The position numbers were made by a program, and so were the translations under genes. Shown piece by piece: positions 58,003 through 64,000 of a DNA stretch of 64,000 nucleotides. The notes beneath the pieces are model-generated. The model had not been told where the DNA came from and did no database searches. It worked only from the letters and a program-made list of their open reading frames with translations. The DNA is from Candidatus Scatovivens sp. (lineage in GTDB: Bacteria; Bacillota; Clostridia; TANB77; CAG-508): assembly GCA_045646345.1 (NCBI GenBank), contig JAZRKN010000015.1, positions 64,001 to 128,000 on the forward strand, written 5' to 3'. Each line of letters opens with the position of its first letter. Position 1 is the first letter of the stretch.

Positions 58003-58061
58003 AACGCATCCCACCCTTTCTTTTATATCTTTTGTAAATTTTAGAAGATTATTCAGTAATT

Positions 58062-58964
58062 TTATTTCAACTTAAATTTATTAACAATACTATCTTTTTC
58101 TTGCCAATCTTCTTTTACTTTAACCCAAACTTTTAAGTTTACTTTGGTTCCAAGCATTTCTTCTATATCTTGTCTCGCTGTAGATGCAATTTTCTTTAAA
58201 AGATTTCCACCTTTTCCTATTATTATTCCTTTATGAGATTCTCTCAAACAATATATCGTTGCATCTATATCATGAATATCTTCACCTTTTGAAGTTTTTC
58301 TTTCTTTAAATTTTTCTATCTCAATATAAACACCATGAGGTACTTCATCATTTAAAAACTTCAATGCTTTTTCTCTAATTATTTCTTCTGCTATTTGTCT
58401 AACAGTTTGATCTGTATATTCATCATCAGAATAATATTTAGGTCCTTCTGGTAATAATTTTACTATTTCACTAATGATAGAATCTACACCATCTTCTTTA
58501 GTCGCAGATATTGGTACTACCGCTTTAAATTCATATTCATCATTATAAATTTTAATTAGATTCAACAATTTTTCTCTTCTTACTAAATCAATTTTATTTA
58601 TAACTAAAATACATGGTTTCTTGCTTTCTTTTATTCTATCTAATATTAATTTGTCTCCTCTACCAATTTCTGTAGAATCAGCTTCAATTAAAAATAATAT
58701 TACATCCACTTCTGAAAACATTGTAAATGCTGTTGATACCATTGTTTCACCAAGCTTTGTTTTTGGTTTATGTATTCCTGGTGTATCAGTTATTATTATT
58801 TGATAATTATCATCATTTAAAATTGCTTTTATTGCTGTTCTTGTAGTTTGAACTTTATTTGCTGTAATAGCAATTTTTTCTTTTACTAAAGAATTAAGCA
58901 ATGTTGATTTTCCTACATTAGTTCTTCCAACTAGCGTTACAAAACCCGATTTAAATTCTCCCAT
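58062..58964 (-). CDS. era: GTPase Era
   Basis: FKSGFV...GRTNVGKSTL, QTTR, DTPGIH, NKID, EIIREK, KH domain IIIGKGG. Confidence 0.97.
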   Translation of the reverse strand: MGEFKSGFVTLVGRTNVGKSTLLNSLVKEKIAITANKVQTTRTAIKAILNDDNYQIIITDTPGIHKPKTKLGETMVSTAFTMFSEVDVILFLIEADSTEIGRGDKLILDRIKESKKPCILVINKIDLVRREKLLNLIKIYNDEYEFKAVVPISATKEDGVDSIISEIVKLLPEGPKYYSDDEYTDQTVRQIAEEIIREKALKFLNDEVPHGVYIEIEKFKERKTSKGEDIHDIDATIYCLRESHKGIIIGKGGNLLKKIASTARQDIEEMLGTKVNLKVWVKVKEDWQEKDSIVNKFKLK

Positions 58965-58976
58965 ATTTTATACTTC

Positions 58977-60068
58977 CTATTCTATTCCTGTAAATGTTAC
59001 ATCTGAATCTATTGGACATACATTAACCCATGTATTTCCATCATTTACTTTTATTTCTTCTCCATTTAAATCAACATATACAGTTTGTTCACGTCTAGAT
59101 TCCTTATTACATTTAATTTTTATTGCTTTACCATTTGTTATATAATATCCATCTAAACTTCCAACTGTTATTACATCTTGTCTTCCTTTGTTTTCTCCAT
59201 CATCTAAAGTATAGTTTTCTGCAAATGTTATAATCAAATTTTTTGTTGTTACTGGTTCATTTGTCATTTCATCATACATCATTTTGCCTTTTGACCATCT
59301 TGTATATCTTCCAGTTTCACTATCGTATTTATATTCAACAGTATGTCCTTTTGCATAAGGAATTTTTACAGATTCTACTGAAAATGCATCTTCTGATTCT
59401 AAATTAACTTCTTCAGCACTATAATTTAATACACTTTCTTTATCTGATGTTTTTCTCCATCCATATCCATTAGCAACTTTTAAGATTGCATCTGTATTTG
59501 TATAAGCATTATGTGGAGCTTTTTTATGAGTAGCTCTCCAATATAAAGAATCTTCTGTTCTAGCTTTTCCAGTATCATATATTTGTCCATTTATATGTTC
59601 TATACAAAATTCTTGAAAAGCAGCTTGTGCCTGAGGACTCATCCCTAAGTGAGCATATAAAGCATCGTTTTCCATTGCATAATCAATAAAATAATGTCTT
59701 GCACTTCTTATTGGACCTACTTGATCAGCTACAGTCCCTTTAAATAAAGCCATTAATCTTGATTCTCCTCCTTCAACAATAATTTCATAAACCATATATG
59801 TTGAATTTAAAGAAGCTTGTGGTTGTGCATTTTTATTATTATCAATCATAAATGCAATTGGTCTATCATTTCCGTTAAATATTTTTATTTCTGGTTCTTT
59901 TTCTTCTACAACTTCTTCTTTTTTATTTTTTAATTCGTTGTCTTCAGCAACTTCTACAATCTCATCCATGTCTTCGACTTTATTAAAATCTGTGAAATAC
60001 CAATAAACACCATATCCAATTCCTACAATTAAAATTAATGCAATTAATACTTTAAAAAAATTTTTCAT
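58977..60068 (-). CDS. DUF3048 (YerB-like) membrane-anchored protein
   Basis: RPIAFMIDN..AQPQ..L, YE..VEGG.SR.MALF, GPIRSARHYF, APHNAY, GNTWV. ATG at 60068 after GGAGG (track start 60113). Confidence 0.85.
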   Translation of the reverse strand: MKNFFKVLIALILIVGIGYGVYWYFTDFNKVEDMDEIVEVAEDNELKNKKEEVVEEKEPEIKIFNGNDRPIAFMIDNNKNAQPQASLNSTYMVYEIIVEGGESRLMALFKGTVADQVGPIRSARHYFIDYAMENDALYAHLGMSPQAQAAFQEFCIEHINGQIYDTGKARTEDSLYWRATHKKAPHNAYTNTDAILKVANGYGWRKTSDKESVLNYSAEEVNLESEDAFSVESVKIPYAKGHTVEYKYDSETGRYTRWSKGKMMYDEMTNEPVTTKNLIITFAENYTLDDGENKGRQDVITVGSLDGYYITNGKAIKIKCNKESRREQTVYVDLNGEEIKVNDGNTWVNVCPIDSDVTFTGIE

Positions 60069-60087
60069 ATGAATCCTCCGTATATTA

Positions 60088-60387
60088 TTACTTATTATTT
60101 TTATTATATTCATCTTCCCAATCTTTTATTGTTAAGAATAAACTATCATATGCTTCATCTTCTGTTTTATAAAATCCTATATTTTCAACAATTCCTCTTT
60201 CTGAATCTGTAAAAAATATTACGTATTCTTCATCTTTTTCATGGAAATAGCATCCATATAAATTATCTCTTTTATTATCTTTGTAAAGTTCTTTTTGATT
60301 TTTAGAATATGTTTGAATTTTTCCATTACGATGAATTTTTTCTAATTTTAATTCTTTAATTTTTTTCTCAAATTCTGCTTTTTTCAT
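60088..60387 (-). CDS. small hypothetical protein, weakly resembling Imm59-type immunity proteins
   Basis: Y.IF.TD.ERG......YKTEDEAY..L pattern, with RBS AAGGA. Confidence 0.5.
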   Translation of the reverse strand: MKKAEFEKKIKELKLEKIHRNGKIQTYSKNQKELYKDNKRDNLYGCYFHEKDEEYVIFFTDSERGIVENIGFYKTEDEAYDSLFLTIKDWEDEYNKNNK

Positions 60388-60397
60388 TTTTATTTCC

Positions 60398-60778
60398 TTA
60401 TCTTCCTATTAAATTTATTATTTTAGGCAAAAATAATATTATTCCAATTATTACTGACATAATTGCAGATAGAGTAACCGCTCCTGCTGATACATCTTTC
60501 ACAATTCTTGCAATTTCATTATATTCTAAAGTATATAAATCCACTGTTTTTTCAATTGCTGTGTTTATAACTTCGCAAATCAATACTACAAATATAGTTA
60601 AAGTTAATATTCCTAATTCTATTAACGAAATTTTTAATAAAAATCCTAATATTATTGCAAGTATTGCAAATATCATTTGAATTTTTATATTACTTCCATA
60701 TTTCCAAACAAATTTGATACCATTTAATGCATTTTTTAAGCTTTGAAAAAAATTTTTATTTTTCCACTTATTTTCCAT
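60398..60778 (-). CDS. dgkA: diacylglycerol/undecaprenol kinase
   Basis: SLKNALNGI, N.KIQ, EVINTAIEKTVD, KDVSAGAV. Confidence 0.92.
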   Translation of the reverse strand: MENKWKNKNFFQSLKNALNGIKFVWKYGSNIKIQMIFAILAIILGFLLKISLIELGILTLTIFVVLICEVINTAIEKTVDLYTLEYNEIARIVKDVSAGAVTLSAIMSVIIGIILFLPKIINLIGR

Positions 60779-60791
60779 ATATCCTCTAAAA

Positions 60792-61268
60792 TTATTCTTC
60801 TCTCAATATTTTTAATCTGTTTAGTACGTTTTCTTCTTTTTCTCTCATTACTATTTTATCAGATTCTTCAATATGATCTTCTCCCATTAAATGGTAAAAC
60901 CCATGAACTACCATATAAGCAAGTTCTCTTTCAAAACTATGCCCATATTCTACAGCTTGTTCTTTCACTCTTTCGATAGATATTACTATATCTCCTAAAG
61001 CTTCTTCGTATTGGCAATTTTTCATTTCATGGATTTCATCTTTTTCAAACATTGGAAATGAAAGCACATCGGTTTCTTTGTCTATATTTCTATATTCATT
61101 GTTTAGTTTTCTTATGTTTTCAGGATTTGTTAGAGTTATGCTTATGTATAACTTTGAATCTAACATTTCTTCCACCAAAAAACATTCATTTAAAACTTTA
61201 TTAATTACTTCTTCATATTCTTCATTTGTTTCAAAATCTAAATATTCTATTTCAGCAATTTTTTTCAT
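60792..61268 (-). CDS. ybeY: rRNA maturation endonuclease YbeY
   Basis: LNNEYRNIDKETDVLSFP, LGDIVIS, HGFYHLMGEDH. Confidence 0.96.
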   Translation of the reverse strand: MKKIAEIEYLDFETNEEYEEVINKVLNECFLVEEMLDSKLYISITLTNPENIRKLNNEYRNIDKETDVLSFPMFEKDEIHEMKNCQYEEALGDIVISIERVKEQAVEYGHSFERELAYMVVHGFYHLMGEDHIEESDKIVMREKEENVLNRLKILREE

Positions 61269-61283
61269 AAATATTCCTCTATT

Positions 61284-62468
61284 TTATAATTTTGTAAAAA
61301 AACCTTTTCTTGTTTTACATGTTGATTTTTTGATTTTTTTCATTACGCCTAATTCAACCAATTTATCTTTATAGAATTGTCTTACTTCTGCATATTTTTC
61401 ATATTCATCTGCTGTTTCATATAATTCTCTTCTTAAAGATAATATCTCTTTTTCTTCTGAAGATCCTGTTTTGCTATATGCATCCCAGAATTTTTTGTAA
61501 GCATCTCTTTCTTGTGGCTTATCCCAATATACTTTTGTTGATAATAGTTTTACATTATAGTCTTCTATTAATTCTAAAAGCATTCTATAAGTTGTCTCTC
61601 TTTTTTCTGTTACTTTTGTACTAACTATTAAATTTCTTGTATCTTTTAATAATTTTTTATAGCATTGTTCTGCAGCAACTAAAGGTAAGCTGTGAGTAAA
61701 TAAAACTCTACTCAAACCAAGTAATATCATATTCTTCTCTAAGAAATCTTTTTCATCCAATTTCCCAACAGAGAACTTTTCATATTCATCATATTCTTGA
61801 AGAATTTTGCTATATTTTTCTTCGCCTTCAATTCTGATTTTTATAGGTAGCATATTTTTTATATAATCTTCTAATGTTTCAAAAATCTTTTTATATAAAT
61901 CTGCTTGATTTACAACTTTTGCTCTAATTCCATCTGCTAATTTTACAGAATAATTTTTTAATATTCCTTTATATATTGTATCTATTTTTTCAATATATAT
62001 AGGTTCATATTTCACTAAAACCTTATCTTTTCCTGTAGCTGTTAAACTTTCATGATCTAAATCTAATAAAAATTTTTGTTTCCTGTATTTATACTCTAAG
62101 TATTCATTATCTTTTAAATGAACTATTGTATAATAATTTGCAAGAGCATCTTTCTCATAGTTTGATGCAGTATTATTTTTTACTTTTTTATAAATAGAAT
62201 CCATTATATGTTTATCAATTGATTCTAGATATAAAGTATAACTTTCATCATATCTATTTTGTAGTTGTTCTTTTTTAGAAACATCATTATTAGCTGTAGC
62301 TACTTTTAATTGTTCATAATTTTTAATAGCTGCAGTTCTTTTTATATTAATCATCATTCCATTAATACCAATTTTTGTTGGTATTAATAATTTTGTTAAA
62401 GTGTTAGAAACTTTATTAAAAAAAGTTGTATTATTCGAAAGTACTTTTAAACTTCTCTCTTCTACCAT
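61284..62468 (-). CDS. hypothetical all-helical cytoplasmic protein (394 aa)
   Basis: Long ORF with RBS AGGATGGG between yqfD and ybeY. No recognisable motif. Confidence 0.8.
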   Translation of the reverse strand: MVEERSLKVLSNNTTFFNKVSNTLTKLLIPTKIGINGMMINIKRTAAIKNYEQLKVATANNDVSKKEQLQNRYDESYTLYLESIDKHIMDSIYKKVKNNTASNYEKDALANYYTIVHLKDNEYLEYKYRKQKFLLDLDHESLTATGKDKVLVKYEPIYIEKIDTIYKGILKNYSVKLADGIRAKVVNQADLYKKIFETLEDYIKNMLPIKIRIEGEEKYSKILQEYDEYEKFSVGKLDEKDFLEKNMILLGLSRVLFTHSLPLVAAEQCYKKLLKDTRNLIVSTKVTEKRETTYRMLLELIEDYNVKLLSTKVYWDKPQERDAYKKFWDAYSKTGSSEEKEILSLRRELYETADEYEKYAEVRQFYKDKLVELGVMKKIKKSTCKTRKGFFTKL

Positions 62469-62507
62469 ATAAATCCCATCCTTTCAAAACCATTAATAAG
62501 TCTGAAA

Positions 62508-63713
62508 TTATTCTGGACTTATTTGTCTTTCGTCTTTTATTCCAATCTTTTGTTTAACTTCATATACTAATGTTACTGTAATTCCATCATCTTCAATCTT
62601 AGTATATAAATCTCTTTTTTTATATTTATCTTCGTATTTTGATATTTCGAATTCTGATTCCATTTCTTTTTCGAGCTCTTCTTCAATTTTAAAAATCAGC
62701 TCATCATTTGAGAATTTTTTTTGTTTCATTTCATATTCTATATAGGTCGTATTTTTTATCTCAAATGGTAAATAAAAATCAGCAAAAATCCTTATCTTTT
62801 TTCTTGTGCTTATTGTATCATAATTTTCAAAATTTAAAAGCCTTTTATTGAAATTTATTGCAAAATTATTTATACAAATTTCTTTTTTTTCTAACTTTTT
62901 TCCAGTTTCTATTTTTTCATTTTGGACAAAAAATTCTTTCCTTTCTTTTGAATATATTTTTTGTCCAAAAACATCTGCATCTGCATAAACATTTCTTGTT
63001 CCAGTATTAGCTCCTTCCATAACTCCTTCAACCAAAATATCACCTTTTTTTACAATATCACCAACCTTTACTCGTGCTGTACCACTTCTGACTATGATTT
63101 TCGAAATAACAGAATCTTCCATTGCAATAATATTGTTTATTTCTTTCTTATTTATAATCTCAGGAACTTTTATACTTTCTTCAACAGTAACAATAACATT
63201 AGTCCCACTAACACTTATTCCAATCCAAGATATATCTTCTCTTCTTAATCTTATTGAATTACTTATTTTTTCTGTATTAATTCCATTTTTTAATTTTCCT
63301 TTTTCAATACCATGTTCAAGAAGAAGTTCCATTATATCTTCAATTGGAATACTTGTATTTCCAATTATTTCTATATTCCAAATAAATTTAGTTAAAACAA
63401 AAATAAAAATTGCAATTACTACTATAGCAATTGCAAATACTTTTCTTTTTCTATATCTATTTATAAAAAATGGAACTCCTCGCTTTTTCTCAATATTTAG
63501 TTTACACTTTGATTTTTTTGCTATATGTCTAATGGTTTTAAAATCTGATTTTAAAACTTTTACTTTTATATATGTACCATTTTCAAATTTTTCTAAATCT
63601 TTTAAAAAAATTTCTTTCTGCCTGCACAAATTAAGAAAACGTTCTATAAAAAATCCTTCAACTACAATATTTAAGTAACCTGCCAAAAACATATATATTA
63701 ATTTTATAAACAT
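62508..63713 (-). CDS. yqfD: sporulation protein YqfD
   Basis: GY..I.VEG..IERFLN.C, K.G.PF, FIWNIEI.GN, ISW.GI...GT, G...VK.GD.VKKGDILV.G. Confidence 0.9.
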   Translation of the reverse strand: MFIKLIYMFLAGYLNIVVEGFFIERFLNLCRQKEIFLKDLEKFENGTYIKVKVLKSDFKTIRHIAKKSKCKLNIEKKRGVPFFINRYRKRKVFAIAIVVIAIFIFVLTKFIWNIEIIGNTSIPIEDIMELLLEHGIEKGKLKNGINTEKISNSIRLRREDISWIGISVSGTNVIVTVEESIKVPEIINKKEINNIIAMEDSVISKIIVRSGTARVKVGDIVKKGDILVEGVMEGANTGTRNVYADADVFGQKIYSKERKEFFVQNEKIETGKKLEKKEICINNFAINFNKRLLNFENYDTISTRKKIRIFADFYLPFEIKNTTYIEYEMKQKKFSNDELIFKIEEELEKEMESEFEISKYEDKYKKRDLYTKIEDDGITVTLVYEVKQKIGIKDERQISPE

Positions 63714-63716
63714 TGA

Positions 63717-63989
63717 TTATTCACCTTTACTTTCAAAATCTAGATTTTCTATTTTACCAGTAACTAAAATATCATTATCTGTCATTTGATTTAATTTTAG
63801 ATTAAATCCATTAATATTTATATTTCCGACTGATGTACTTATTCTAACAAAAAAATCTTCATATTCTAAAATTCCTTTGAAATTCTCAATAAAAATTTCA
63901 TCGAATCCTGTAACAGTTATTTTAGGAATATCACTAATAACTTCTCTTGGAATCTCTAAAAATTTACTAACTCTACTATAATCTCTCAT
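63717..63989 (-). CDS. yqfC: sporulation protein YqfC (YabP/YqfC family)
   Basis: LEIP.EV....PKITVTG..E..IENFKGILEY, upstream of yqfD. Confidence 0.9.
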   Translation of the reverse strand: MRDYSRVSKFLEIPREVISDIPKITVTGFDEIFIENFKGILEYEDFFVRISTSVGNININGFNLKLNQMTDNDILVTGKIENLDFESKGE

Positions 63990-64000
63990 ATATATACCTC

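Noticed and set aside
60069-60113. In-frame CGG (60078-60080) in the track's 378-aa version of the DUF3048 ORF, an apparent counter-example to CGG avoidance
   Set aside because: It lies in a spurious upstream extension. CGGAGG is the RBS for the real ATG at 60068.
272-63678. The many short plus-strand ORFs in the track (e.g. 272..457, 22134..22436, 39517..40011, 63094..63678) and 16645..16830
   Set aside because: They are antisense or off-frame shadows of well-supported genes, with Phe/Ser/Leu/Ile-biased composition and no RBS.

Overview
This is a very AT-rich, gene-dense chromosomal segment from a spore-forming Clostridia-type bacterium. It resembles uncultured gut TANB77/CAG-508-like clostridia, but that placement is an inference. 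Almost all genes lie on the minus strand. Housekeeping and sporulation content includes ftsEX with two M23 peptidases and an S41 protease, split transketolase, addA without an adjacent addB, pheST with a Phe T-box, spoVG, murC, spoIVB, a SASP, hpf, and yqfC-yqfD-ybeY-dgkA-era-yqzL-recO. Accessory content includes a 14-kb Tad/Flp-like pilus locus with eight non-canonical pilin-like genes, a ~1,830-aa multi-domain peptidoglycan hydrolase, a GH25 lysozyme, and an ADP-ribosyltransferase-like gene cut by the left edge. The most striking observation concerns the only two broken genes in the window (42365-43157 and 54492-56076). Both break exactly at an in-frame CGG codon, and both are repaired by skipping that single C so that a Gly codon (GGN) is read. 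A manual scan found no other in-frame CGG among the ~20,000 codons of the real genes. This suggests CGG acts as a +1 frameshift signal in this organism. I saw no rRNA, tRNA, CRISPR array or mobile element. All family calls come from motif recognition by eye, not database searches.
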